DNA from: Pseudomonadota bacterium
GTDB lineage: Bacteria; Desulfobacterota; Binatia; Bin18
NCBI GenBank assembly: GCA_005804965.1
Contig: SYOC01000111.1
Coordinates: 1-59,509, forward strand
Direction of reading: 5' to 3'
Length of the DNA: 59,509 bases
A model generated the notes under the pieces. That model was not told where the DNA came from and made no database searches. It saw only the letters and a program-made list of their open reading frames with translations. The translations under genes were made by a program, and so were the position numbers. How positions within the stretch are numbered: the stretch's first letter is position 1; the number at the start of each line of letters is the position of its first letter. Shown piece after piece: positions 17,758 through 26,794 of this stretch.

Positions 17758-19416
17758 ATGGGTACGATTCGTGGCGATCAAGTCATTGCACAGTGTTTCA
17801 AGAATGAAGGGGTCGATACCTTCTTCTTTATGATGGGTGGACCAACCAGCGGCACGGCGGGTGCGTGTCTCGACCTGGGTATGCAGGGGATTTACGTCCG
17901 GCACGAGCAAGCCGCCGCCATGATGGCGCATGCCTACGCGCGGGTGACCGGCAAGCCGGGGATTTGCATCACGCCTTCTGGCCCTGGCACAGCCAATGCC
18001 GTCACTGGCCTCGCCAACGCTTGGGCCGATGCCTCGCCGATTATCGCGATTGGTGGCTCTGCGCCGATGCGCGCCTCGACTTTGGACTCGTTTCAGGAGA
18101 TGGACCAAGTGGCAATGATGAAGCCAGTCGTCAAAGCCGCCTATCGCGTGGATATTGCTTCGCGCATTCCTGAGTTCGTGAGTCTGGCGTTCCGCGAAGC
18201 TATGGACGGCAAGAAGGGTCCGGTCTATCTGGATCTTCCCGGCGATATCCTCGCTGCCAAACTGGATGATGAGAAACTCTACTGGCCGACGCAGTATCGT
18301 GTGGACTCCCGCCCTGCTGGCGATCCGGCCCTCGTCCGACGTGCGGTCGAACTCTTGGCTGGAGCGAAACGCCCACTGCTAGTGACCGGCAGTGGCGTGT
18401 TGTGGGCGGATGCTTCGTCAGACCTGCAACAATTCGTGAACGCTACCGGCATTCCGTTCTTCACTACTCCACAAGGGCGCGGGGTGATTCCTGAAGATCA
18501 TCCACGGGCGTTTCCTGCCGCCCGCTCCATGGCCTTCCGCGAAGCCGACGTTGTCCTCGTCATCGGCGCACGGGCGAACGCCATGCTTTCGTTCCTCCGC
18601 GCCCCGCGCTTCTCGCCGGATGCAAAGTTCATCAACGTCAACCTTGATGGCAAAGAGATCGGCCATAATCGGGGTGTCGAAGTCGGCATCGTCGGCGACG
18701 CCAAATTAGTGCTCCAACAGATGATCGCCGAAGCCGCTGGAAAAATGGACGGACGACAAGAGACCGCCTGGGTGGCGCAGCTTGCCGCCAAGCAGCGCTC
18801 GAACGAAGAGCGTTCGGCGGAAGTGTTGCACTCCAGCAAAGTGCCGATTCATCCGCTGCGGCTGTGTCGTGAAGTGCGGGAAGTCATCTCGCGCGACACG
18901 ATTCTCGTGGTCGATGGCCATGAGATCCTCAACTTCGCCCGGCAATCCATCCCTGTGTTCGAGGCTGGAACCAGCCTCAATGCTGGGCCGCACGGTTGCA
19001 TGGGCATCGGCGTGCCGTTTGGCATCGGTGCCAAAGCCGCGCGTCCAGACAAGCCGGTCGTAGTGTTGAGCGGCGATGGAGCCTTCGGCTGGAACGGCAT
19101 GGAGATGGATACCGCCATTCGCCACAAGCTAGCCATCGTAGTGGTCGTATCCAACAATGGCGGGTTCACCTCGCGCCAGACCGGACGGATGTCGGCAGGC
19201 AACATCGGCCCGGCCAACATCGGTCGCGACCTGGGCCATCAACGCTACGACAAAATGGTGGAAGCCCTGGGCGGATACGGCGAGTTCGTCGAGAACCCCA
19301 ACGATATTCGCGCTGCTATCGAACGCGCCTTTGCCAGCGGCAAGCCGGCGCTGGTGAATGTGTGTACCGACCCCGAGGCGCAAGCCGCTACCGACATGGG
19401 ATTTGGTGGATATTGA
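17758..19416 (+). CDS. Thiamine-diphosphate enzyme, oxalyl-CoA decarboxylase / 2-hydroxyacyl-CoA lyase-like
   Basis: 'VRHEQAA..MA.AY', 'FQE.DQ', 'GPVYLDLPGD', 'G.MG.G' and 'GDGAFG.NGME.DT..R...NN'; AGGAGG RBS. Confidence 0.88.
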   Translation: MGTIRGDQVIAQCFKNEGVDTFFFMMGGPTSGTAGACLDLGMQGIYVRHEQAAAMMAHAYARVTGKPGICITPSGPGTANAVTGLANAWADASPIIAIGGSAPMRASTLDSFQEMDQVAMMKPVVKAAYRVDIASRIPEFVSLAFREAMDGKKGPVYLDLPGDILAAKLDDEKLYWPTQYRVDSRPAGDPALVRRAVELLAGAKRPLLVTGSGVLWADASSDLQQFVNATGIPFFTTPQGRGVIPEDHPRAFPAARSMAFREADVVLVIGARANAMLSFLRAPRFSPDAKFINVNLDGKEIGHNRGVEVGIVGDAKLVLQQMIAEAAGKMDGRQETAWVAQLAAKQRSNEERSAEVLHSSKVPIHPLRLCREVREVISRDTILVVDGHEILNFARQSIPVFEAGTSLNAGPHGCMGIGVPFGIGAKAARPDKPVVVLSGDGAFGWNGMEMDTAIRHKLAIVVVVSNNGGFTSRQTGRMSAGNIGPANIGRDLGHQRYDKMVEALGGYGEFVENPNDIRAAIERAFASGKPALVNVCTDPEAQAATDMGFGGY

Positions 19417-19417
19417 T

Positions 19418-20293
19418 ATGGACAAGATCATTATCAAAGCCTGCTTGAACGGCGGACGTGGACGCGAGCAGAGCCAGCACGTGCCCTGGACGCCACAGGA
19501 AATTGCCGACGAGGCGCAACGCTGCGCCGAAGCTGGCGCGTCGATTGTCCACATCCATGCACGCACGGCCACCGGCGGCACCAGCTACGACCCGGCGTGG
19601 TACACCGAAGCCGATCGCCTCATTCGTGCGCGGACAAACCTCATCGTCAATCACACCACCGCACGCCTGCCCGACGCTTCTATCGAGCAAGTGCTGCGCT
19701 ATCTGCGCGAGACGCCCGAGCCGGTGGACATGGTTTCCTTGAACACCGGCAACATCGTCATTAACTCGCCATTGAAAAACGGCACACGCAACACCTTAGC
19801 GATTCCCAATTCCTACGAGGACATTCGCCAGACCATTCTGGCCTGTCGCGAGCGCGGCATCGTGCCAGAGCCTGCGGTCCTCGACACGGGGTTTCTCACC
19901 AACGTGGCCACCCTGGTGGAAGACGGCACCCTGCCGACACCGCGCTACTTGCTGGTGGAATTTTCTGGACGCTTCGGCGACGGGTTACAGCTCATGCCGG
20001 GCACCCCGCGCAGCTACTTTTACATGACCGACTGCGTGAAAGAGCTGTTCCCAGGTGCCATCTGGGCGGCGCATGGGACTGAAGACAGCGTCTTTACCAT
20101 TGGGGGCTTGGCCATCGCCACCGGCGCACATCTGCGCGTCGGCTTCGAGGATCGTGCCACGCTGATTGACGGCTCTCCGGCAAGAAGCAGCGCGGACTTC
20201 GTGACCTGGGCGGTCGAAGTCGCCCGCGCCCATGGACGCACTCCAGCCACGCCGCAGGAAGCACGTGCGATGATTGGGTTGCCGGTACGATAA
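19418..20293 (+). CDS. Beta-keto acid cleavage enzyme (BKACE / 3-keto-5-aminohexanoate cleavage, DUF849)
   Basis: 'VP.TP.EIA..A..C..AGASIVHIHAR', 'RVGFED' and 'ATP.EAR' motifs. Confidence 0.92.
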   Translation: MDKIIIKACLNGGRGREQSQHVPWTPQEIADEAQRCAEAGASIVHIHARTATGGTSYDPAWYTEADRLIRARTNLIVNHTTARLPDASIEQVLRYLRETPEPVDMVSLNTGNIVINSPLKNGTRNTLAIPNSYEDIRQTILACRERGIVPEPAVLDTGFLTNVATLVEDGTLPTPRYLLVEFSGRFGDGLQLMPGTPRSYFYMTDCVKELFPGAIWAAHGTEDSVFTIGGLAIATGAHLRVGFEDRATLIDGSPARSSADFVTWAVEVARAHGRTPATPQEARAMIGLPVR

Positions 20294-20353
20294 AAATTGC
20301 CCTTCTTGGACTCTGAGTCCAGAAGGGCAATTCATGCATCACTTCTCCAGTAT

Positions 20354-20665
20354 CTAAGAAGCTATGCGCTCGACTCTGGCAAGTTTTTCGAGGCGCCACC
20401 ACCAATGGGAAGGAGGGACGGTGGCTTGTTTGCGTATTGCTTCGAGATCCGCCACACAAACAACGCTCGCATACAGCCGAGCTGCCGCTTCGAGAAAGAG
20501 TGAATCTGCTTCTTCCAAAACCTGTTTCTCCTCCTCACTCAGGGTATCTTCTTGTCGCGCAAGCACACTGCGCAGGTCGAGAAGCTCTAGAATCTCAAAA
20601 CCGCTGACCTCGGGATAGCAAACTCCGCGATGGAAATCGGCTACAAGTTGCTTTGTGGTTTTCAC
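20354..20665 (-). CDS. Small hypothetical protein; candidate antitoxin/immunity partner
   Basis: GTG start overlaps the upstream TGA (GTGA) with GAGAGG RBS; acidic and helical, ends 'PPSHWWW.L'. Confidence 0.6.
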   Translation of the reverse strand: MKTTKQLVADFHRGVCYPEVSGFEILELLDLRSVLARQEDTLSEEEKQVLEEADSLFLEAAARLYASVVCVADLEAIRKQATVPPSHWWWRLEKLARVERIAS

Positions 20666-21042
20666 GCCAACACCTCTCGTGCGGTGCCAATAAAGAGGAA
20701 TCCTCGCTTCTTCAAGTAGTCGTCTATGTCGTCGGGAGGGAACGCCGTTTCGAGGATTCCCTTTCTGCTTGTAATTACCAGCCATTCCGCATTTTGGACA
20801 TTACCTCGCACAGCATAATACCGTTCCTCTCCGAAACGATAGAGATAGACTGGATTTTCATCGTCGAGGATGAGACTCTTTATTAGCCGTTCGTAATCTT
20901 TCAGCGATGAATCCGCAGGAAGATGGCCGAGCGTTTTCCTTTTTCCCAGATGAGTCAGCGCTTTTCCTGGTTTCCAGCGCACCCGGCGTCATAAAAGCCG
21001 TATGGCCGTAGCTGCTTCTCGCGCGATCTTGGCTTCTTCCAT
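20662..21042 (-). pseudogene. Putative BECR-fold (RelE/barnase-like) nuclease interrupted by an in-frame TGA at codon 18
   Basis: ATG at 21042 is in frame with ORF 20662..20982 apart from TGA at 20989-20991; 'H..KR...GH......Y', 'W.VI....G..ETAFPP' pattern. Confidence 0.55.
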
Positions 21043-21062
21043 ACTCTATCCTTGATGCAGCT

Positions 21063-21091
21063 TTGACTCCGCCTTCATTCCCCGCTACTCA
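21063..21091 (+). promoter_or_regulatory. Putative sigma70 promoter
   Basis: TTGACT-N17-TACTCA, followed by AGGAGG and the ATG at 21116. Confidence 0.5.
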
Positions 21092-21115
21092 TAGCGCAAA
21101 AGGAGGAGGTATCCG

Positions 21116-22279
21116 ATGCCACTGCCGTTAGAACAGATTCGCGTGATCGACTTAACTCGCGCACGCTCTGGCCCGACTTGCGTGCGCCAGCTTGCCGACA
21201 TGGGTGCGCAGGTCGTCAAGGTCGAACAACCCGACGATGAAGAGGGTGTCAGCCGTCACAACTCCGACTTTCAGAACCTGCATCGCAATAAGCGCAGCCT
21301 CGTGCTGAACCTCAAAGACCCGCGCGGCCTCGCGATCTTGAAACGGCTGGCGGCCACGTCCGACGTGTTGGTGGAGAATTACCGCCCTGATGTAAAGAAA
21401 CGGCTGGGGATCGACTATACCGACCTGCGGCCGCTTAACCCGCGCCTGATTTACGCCAGTATTTCCGGCTTTGGCCAGACTGGACCGTACCAAGGTCGCC
21501 CGGGATACGACCAGATCGCCCAGGGTCTGGGTGGACTTATGAGCATTACTGGACCTCCGGGCGGCGGACCGTGGCGTGTTGGTATTCCCATTGCCGATCT
21601 CAGCGCTGGTCTTCTGGCCGCACAAGGCGTTTTAGTCGCTCTTTTCGAGCGCGAACGTTCAGGCGAAGGACAGTGGATTCACACTTCATTACTTGAAGCC
21701 ATGGTTTCCATGTTGGACTTTCAAGCGACCCGCTGGCTCATGGACAAAGAAGTGCCGCCACAAGCTGGCAACGATCACCCTACCGGCATTCCCACTGGCG
21801 CGTTTCAGACTCAAGACGGCTACATGAACATCGCCGCCAGCGGTCAACATATGTGGCGACGCTTATGTGAAGCGATCAATGCAGTGGAACTGTTCGATGA
21901 TCCGCGCTTCTCCTCGCCGGGGCGGCGCTCGCGAAATCGCCACGAACTCAATCCCCTGCTAGAGCAAAAACTTCAGAGCAGACCAACCGCAGAATGGGTG
22001 GATATCCTCAACGCTGCTGGGGTGCCGAGCGGCCCGATCCTTGCGATTGACCAAGTCTTCGCCAACGAACAAGTGCAGCATCTCGGATTAGCGCGACCGA
22101 TTCAGCATCCGCAGCTCGGCCAGATCAACATCCTCGGGCATCCGGTCACGCTCAGCCGCACGCCGGGAGGAGTGCGCACGCCGACCCCGGAGAAGGGTGA
22201 GCATACCGAGGACATTCTCCGCGAATTGGGCGTGCATGAGGAAGAGATTGCGCAGTTACGACAGGAGAAGGTGATTTGA
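21116..22279 (+). CDS. CaiB/BaiF class III CoA-transferase (formyl-CoA transferase-like)
   Basis: 'L...RVIDL....GP.C...LAD.GA.V.KVE', 'RNKRS', 'ENYRP', 'SISGFGQTGP....GYD' and 'GEHT..IL.ELG' motifs. Confidence 0.94.
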   Translation: MPLPLEQIRVIDLTRARSGPTCVRQLADMGAQVVKVEQPDDEEGVSRHNSDFQNLHRNKRSLVLNLKDPRGLAILKRLAATSDVLVENYRPDVKKRLGIDYTDLRPLNPRLIYASISGFGQTGPYQGRPGYDQIAQGLGGLMSITGPPGGGPWRVGIPIADLSAGLLAAQGVLVALFERERSGEGQWIHTSLLEAMVSMLDFQATRWLMDKEVPPQAGNDHPTGIPTGAFQTQDGYMNIAASGQHMWRRLCEAINAVELFDDPRFSSPGRRSRNRHELNPLLEQKLQSRPTAEWVDILNAAGVPSGPILAIDQVFANEQVQHLGLARPIQHPQLGQINILGHPVTLSRTPGGVRTPTPEKGEHTEDILRELGVHEEEIAQLRQEKVI

Positions 22280-22368
22280 GGGGTTCTCTCCTTGACTCTT
22301 GCTCAGGGTCCGCGAAATAATGCCGCTCCAATCGGAACGACCCTAGTCTTCTGAAGAAAGCTTACTGA

Positions 22369-23649
22369 GTGAACTCCTTGGATACACACGAACTCCCACC
22401 ACACCAACGCTTTACTATCGACGGACGCGAGCCGCAGGAAGTGAGCATGCCCGAGTCGGTCGAACAACTGGCCGCCACGTTACGCCACGCTGACGAGCAA
22501 CGCCGCGCCGTGGTGCCGACTGGTCTTGGTGCGTTCCTTCATCTCGGTGCGTTGCCTCGTAAGTATGATGTGGCGCTCTCGCTGCAACATCTTAATCGCG
22601 TCGTCGATTATCAACCGACGGATATGACGGTGACAGTCGAAGCCGGGATGCCGTTGACCCAACTGCAACAGGTGCTGGGTGAGCATGGCCAATGGCTGCC
22701 GATTGACCCACCGCTGCCGGAACGCGCCACTATTGGCGGCATTCTCGCCGCCAATCTCAGCGGCCCTTCCCGGCTCATGCACGGGACGATCCGCGATGCC
22801 CTACTGGGTCTGAAAGCCGTACGCGCCGATGGCACGGTGATGAAGGGCGGTGGCAAGGTCGTCAAAAACGTCGCTGGCTACGATATTCCCAAACTGTTCT
22901 GTGGATCGTTCGGCACCTTGGGGGTGATCGTTGAAGCTACCTTCAAGGTGCTCCCGCGCTCCGAGGCGCAGGCGGTCTTGGCCTTTGCTTGCCTCACGCC
23001 CGACGCGGCGATGAACGTAGTCCTAGGCGTCACCGGGTCTGAACTGCAACCCGCTTTTCTGGAAGTCGCTAACTTCGCGCCGCTCGCGTCGTTCAACAGC
23101 CCCCAGCCTTATCGCCTCTTTGTCGGCTTCGCTGGCATTGCAGAAGAGGTGCAGTACCAATGCCGGCGTTTGCGGACCCTCGTCGGCGCACCTGGTGTAG
23201 TTGAGTTGGAGAGTGGAGAGGAACAAGCGCAAGCCCTCGTGCCGACCTTGCGCGACTTTCCTGTAGCCGGGAGCGCACTCTTACGCTGCAAGGCGAGCCT
23301 CTTGCCTACGAAGGTCGCCTTGTTCTGTCGAGAGGCGGAAGCCGAAGCCCAATCACGCGGCCTTGCCACTCAACTGCTCGCGCATGCTGGGAACGGCATT
23401 GTCTACAGCCGCTTCACGACGCTGGATGAGCTGCCTCAAGAGAAGCTGATCTCATTTATTGACTGGCTGCGCATCCTCAGCAAAAAACTCGAGGGCTACC
23501 TCGTGGTCGAAGACCTCGCACCGGCTCTGAAAGAGCGGGTCGATGTCTGGGGCCATGTGGGCGGAGCCTTTCCTCTGATGAAACGACTGAAAGACACCCT
23601 CGATCCCAACGGGACACTGAATCCCGGGCGGTTTGTAGGGGGAATCTGA
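22369..23649 (+). CDS. glcE: Glycolate oxidase FAD-binding subunit
   Basis: 'D.TVTVEAG', 'ATIGG....N.SGP.R...G..RD', 'GGKVVKNVAGYD..KL..GS.GTLG' and 'DP.G.LNPGR' motifs; adjacent to glcF. Confidence 0.85.
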   Translation: MNSLDTHELPPHQRFTIDGREPQEVSMPESVEQLAATLRHADEQRRAVVPTGLGAFLHLGALPRKYDVALSLQHLNRVVDYQPTDMTVTVEAGMPLTQLQQVLGEHGQWLPIDPPLPERATIGGILAANLSGPSRLMHGTIRDALLGLKAVRADGTVMKGGGKVVKNVAGYDIPKLFCGSFGTLGVIVEATFKVLPRSEAQAVLAFACLTPDAAMNVVLGVTGSELQPAFLEVANFAPLASFNSPQPYRLFVGFAGIAEEVQYQCRRLRTLVGAPGVVELESGEEQAQALVPTLRDFPVAGSALLRCKASLLPTKVALFCREAEAEAQSRGLATQLLAHAGNGIVYSRFTTLDELPQEKLISFIDWLRILSKKLEGYLVVEDLAPALKERVDVWGHVGGAFPLMKRLKDTLDPNGTLNPGRFVGGI

Positions 23650-23650
23650 A

Positions 23651-23736
23651 TCGTGAGTCGCGTTCGTGGCTCGTGGCTCGCAAACACGAAACATGAGCTA
23701 CGAGCACAAGCATAAGCCACGAGCCACGAGCTACGA
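23651..23736. repeat. Inverted array of degenerate heptamers
   Basis: TCGTGGC-like units facing GCCACGA/GCTACGA-like units. Confidence 0.75.
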
Positions 23737-23744
23737 AAGATCAT

Positions 23745-25022
23745 TTGCCTATGACTGCTACTCCTGTAAATTTCGTCGATCACGAAAAATTCTTCGATTG
23801 TGTCCATTGCGGACTCTGTCTCTCTTTTTGCCCGACTTATGTGGAGCTGGGCACGGAGATGGACTCACCGCGCGGTCGCGTTGCTACCATGCGGGCCTTG
23901 CAAGAAGGGCGGCTCCCGCTTGATGCGGAAGTCGTGCGCCACCTCGACCTCTGTCTCGGGTGCCGCGCCTGTGAGACGGCATGCCCCTCGGGTGTTCACT
24001 ATGGCGAGCTGATTGAAGGCGTTCGTCCCTATATCGAAGAGCACTATCAACGCCCGCCGCTGGAGCGTTTCAAGCGGCAAGCGATCAACACCATTTTTCC
24101 CAATCCGCTGGGGACGCGGGCGTTTGCCTTTCTGCTCAAAACCGGCGCGGCCTTGGGTCTTGGTCGCCTCGCGCGGTGGGAGAAACTTCCCGAGCAACTG
24201 CGCTATTGGTTTGGTTTGCTGCCCGAACCCGGTGGTGTCACTGCTGCGACCTTGCTCGAACGCTATCCTGCCATTGGCGAGAAACGCTACACCGTGGCTC
24301 TGTTGGCTGGATGCGTCATGCCAGCGGTGTTTGGTGCGACCAACGAGGCCACAGTCAAAGTCCTGCGCCATAACGGCTGCGACGTACTGGTCCCGCGTGA
24401 GCAGGGCTGTTGCGGCGCATTGTTGCTACACGGTGGCGACAAGAAAACCGCGCTTGATCTCGCGCGTAAAAACATCAACGTTTTCAGCCGCCTCGATGTG
24501 GATGCCTTGATTATCAACGCGGCAGGCTGTGGCGCGATGATGAAAGAATACGGCGAGCTGTTCAAAGATGACCCTGTCTATCACGAGCGGGCCGAGCGCC
24601 TTGCTGCCAAAATGAAAGATGTCGCAGAGTTTCTCGGTAGCATTCCTTTGCAGAATCCCACGCGTGAAGTCCGTGCCACAGTCACCTATCACGACGCTTG
24701 CCATCTCGCGCACGGTCAGGGTGTACGCCAACAACCGCGCACTTTACTCCAAGCTATTCCTGGTCTGCGCATCGTCGATCTCAACGAGTCGGATTGGTGC
24801 TGCGGCAGCGCTGGCACCTATAATTTAACGGAAACTGAGATGGCGCATCGTCTCCTCAATCGCAAGATGGACAATATCCAAGCTACCGACGCGGATCTCG
24901 TTGTTGCCGGTAACCCCGGCTGTCTTATGCAGATTCGTGCTGGCCTGCAACAACGTGGTCTTGCCACGAAGGCGATTCACATGGTGGATCTCTTGGCTGA
25001 GGCCTACGAAGACAACGCCTAA
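23745..25022 (+). CDS. glcF: Glycolate oxidase iron-sulfur subunit
   Basis: CVHCGLC...CPTY, SPRGR, CLGCRACETACPSGV, two CCG domains, NPGC. Confidence 0.92.
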   Translation: MPMTATPVNFVDHEKFFDCVHCGLCLSFCPTYVELGTEMDSPRGRVATMRALQEGRLPLDAEVVRHLDLCLGCRACETACPSGVHYGELIEGVRPYIEEHYQRPPLERFKRQAINTIFPNPLGTRAFAFLLKTGAALGLGRLARWEKLPEQLRYWFGLLPEPGGVTAATLLERYPAIGEKRYTVALLAGCVMPAVFGATNEATVKVLRHNGCDVLVPREQGCCGALLLHGGDKKTALDLARKNINVFSRLDVDALIINAAGCGAMMKEYGELFKDDPVYHERAERLAAKMKDVAEFLGSIPLQNPTREVRATVTYHDACHLAHGQGVRQQPRTLLQAIPGLRIVDLNESDWCCGSAGTYNLTETEMAHRLLNRKMDNIQATDADLVVAGNPGCLMQIRAGLQQRGLATKAIHMVDLLAEAYEDNA

Positions 25023-25066
25023 CCCAACACGAGTCCGTTTCGCCCAGCAGGGCAGGAGGGAGTGCT

Positions 25067-26104
25067 ATGCGTTTGCTCAGATTTATCGGCGGTCTTGTTG
25101 TCGTTGCTGCTTTAGCCAGCACATCTCCCGCCTACGCTGAAACCGCTACTCCAGCCAAGCCGCACATTTTCTTCGGCATCCAAACCGCGCATCAAGTGCC
25201 GTCGCTTGACGACTTGATCCAGCTTTGGCAGGACGCAGAAGGTTGGGGCTACGACACCCTGTGGCTGAACGATCACATGATGCAGTTCGGCAAAGAAGAC
25301 GGTCCCGCCTACGATGCCTGGGCCTTGTTGCCGGCCTTGGCGCAAAAGACCTCGCGCGTCCGACTCGGAGTCCTCGTTACCGACAATCTGTTTCGTCATC
25401 CTGCCGTCTTGGCCAAGATGGCGACCACCGTTGACATCTTGAGCAAAGGGCGACTGGAAATGGGTATGGGCGGCGGCTGGTTCCAGCGCGAGCATGAGGC
25501 CTATGGCATCGATTTTCCCTCGAACCGAGAACGCATGGCGCGGCTCGACGAAGCCTTACAGGTGCTCAAGGCTCTGTGGACACAGCCGGAGGCGAATTTC
25601 GCCGGCAGATATTATCGACTTGCCAAAGTGCCGTTCATGCCCAAATCTCCTCAGAAACCCTACCCGCCCATCACCATCGGCGGGCAAGGCGAGCGCCGTA
25701 CGCTGCCGCTGGTGGCGCGTCACGCCGACAAATGGAGCCTTCCGGCGGGGTTCACTCCTGAGAGAGTCGCGGAGAAAGCCAAAGCCTTGACGGCTGCGTG
25801 CGCCGAGATCCAGCGCGACTGCTCACGCATGGACAAGTCGTATCAAACTTTTCTCGTCTTTTCGTCGGAGCAAGCGAAAATCGATCAGGCCGTGCAGCAA
25901 CTGACCCGTTACTATAAAGGCATGACCCCAGAGGACGCCAAACGCACGATTATTGCCGGGACAACGGCGGAAGAGATCAAGGCACAAATTCGTGAGTTCG
26001 TCGCCGCTGGGATTACGCACTTCATTTTTACTGCACGCTCGCAACCGTATGACCGCGAGGGCTTCCGGCGCTTCGCCCAGGAAGTCATGCCGGCGTTCCG
26101 TTAA
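25067..26104 (+). CDS. LLM-class (probably F420-dependent) oxidoreductase with N-terminal signal peptide
   Basis: 'GYD.LW..DH', 'FRHPAVLAKMATTVD.LS.GRL..G.G.GW...EH.AYG', 'IGG.GE..TL..VA..AD.W'; N-terminus MRLLR-hydrophobic-AYA. Confidence 0.9.
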   Translation: MRLLRFIGGLVVVAALASTSPAYAETATPAKPHIFFGIQTAHQVPSLDDLIQLWQDAEGWGYDTLWLNDHMMQFGKEDGPAYDAWALLPALAQKTSRVRLGVLVTDNLFRHPAVLAKMATTVDILSKGRLEMGMGGGWFQREHEAYGIDFPSNRERMARLDEALQVLKALWTQPEANFAGRYYRLAKVPFMPKSPQKPYPPITIGGQGERRTLPLVARHADKWSLPAGFTPERVAEKAKALTAACAEIQRDCSRMDKSYQTFLVFSSEQAKIDQAVQQLTRYYKGMTPEDAKRTIIAGTTAEEIKAQIREFVAAGITHFIFTARSQPYDREGFRRFAQEVMPAFR

Positions 26105-26119
26105 GAGGCTATCTGCCAG

Positions 26120-26758
26120 CTACTCGTCCCGGACTTGTCGCACGAACTCGGCCATCGCTCGAGCTGCGTCGTGCTTTTCGGCGAGTAAACCGTCAATCAC
26201 GCCATCACGATCCGGTGCCGGGCGATTCTGGCTAACCTTCCATTTGCCAATCAGCCGCGCGAGCTGAATTTCTACCCCGATAATTGCGCCGAGCTGTTTG
26301 TCGATAAACTCTGCCGGGGCATCGGTGACACGCCACGGCTTGCTCCTCCCAGCTTCATAACGGTTGGTCAACTGAGTCACGAACGTGCGTAGCCATTCCG
26401 GGTCGTCAACCAAGCGCAAAGTGCCATGCGCATGGACCACCGCATAATTCCAGGTTGGTACCACTTTCCCGGTCTCCTGCTTGCTCGGATACCACGACGG
26501 TGAAATATAGGTCCCAGAGTTTTGGAAAACGACGAGTGCTTCGGTGCCCGGTGACGAGTCTCGCCACAGCGGATTCGCACGCGCGATATGGCCACGCAGC
26601 GTCCCCAAAGGACTGGGCTGTGGATCAATCTCGAAGGGAAGGTGGTTCGCATCAAGGCCGTGCGGCGTCAGCGTCACCAGCGTTCCGAGTGGCTGTTCTC
26701 GGATGAACTGGCGCAGCACCTCGATGCGGGTTTCCTCGAAATGCTTGGGGACATACAT
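26120..26758 (-). CDS. PaiB-family FMN-binding (split-barrel) protein
   Basis: 'MY.P.HF.E', 'GH.ARANP.W', 'YISPSWY....VPTWNY..VH' and 'GK.K.SQNR' motifs. Confidence 0.93.
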   Translation of the reverse strand: MYVPKHFEETRIEVLRQFIREQPLGTLVTLTPHGLDANHLPFEIDPQPSPLGTLRGHIARANPLWRDSSPGTEALVVFQNSGTYISPSWYPSKQETGKVVPTWNYAVVHAHGTLRLVDDPEWLRTFVTQLTNRYEAGRSKPWRVTDAPAEFIDKQLGAIIGVEIQLARLIGKWKVSQNRPAPDRDGVIDGLLAEKHDAARAMAEFVRQVRDE

Positions 26759-26794
26759 AACTGCTGCTCGTTCGACTGCTGGTACCGATGTCGC

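Noticed and set aside
20989-20991. Selenocysteine or genetic-code reassignment of the in-frame TGA
   Set aside because: Not a Cys-type redox position, and many genes here end normally in TGA
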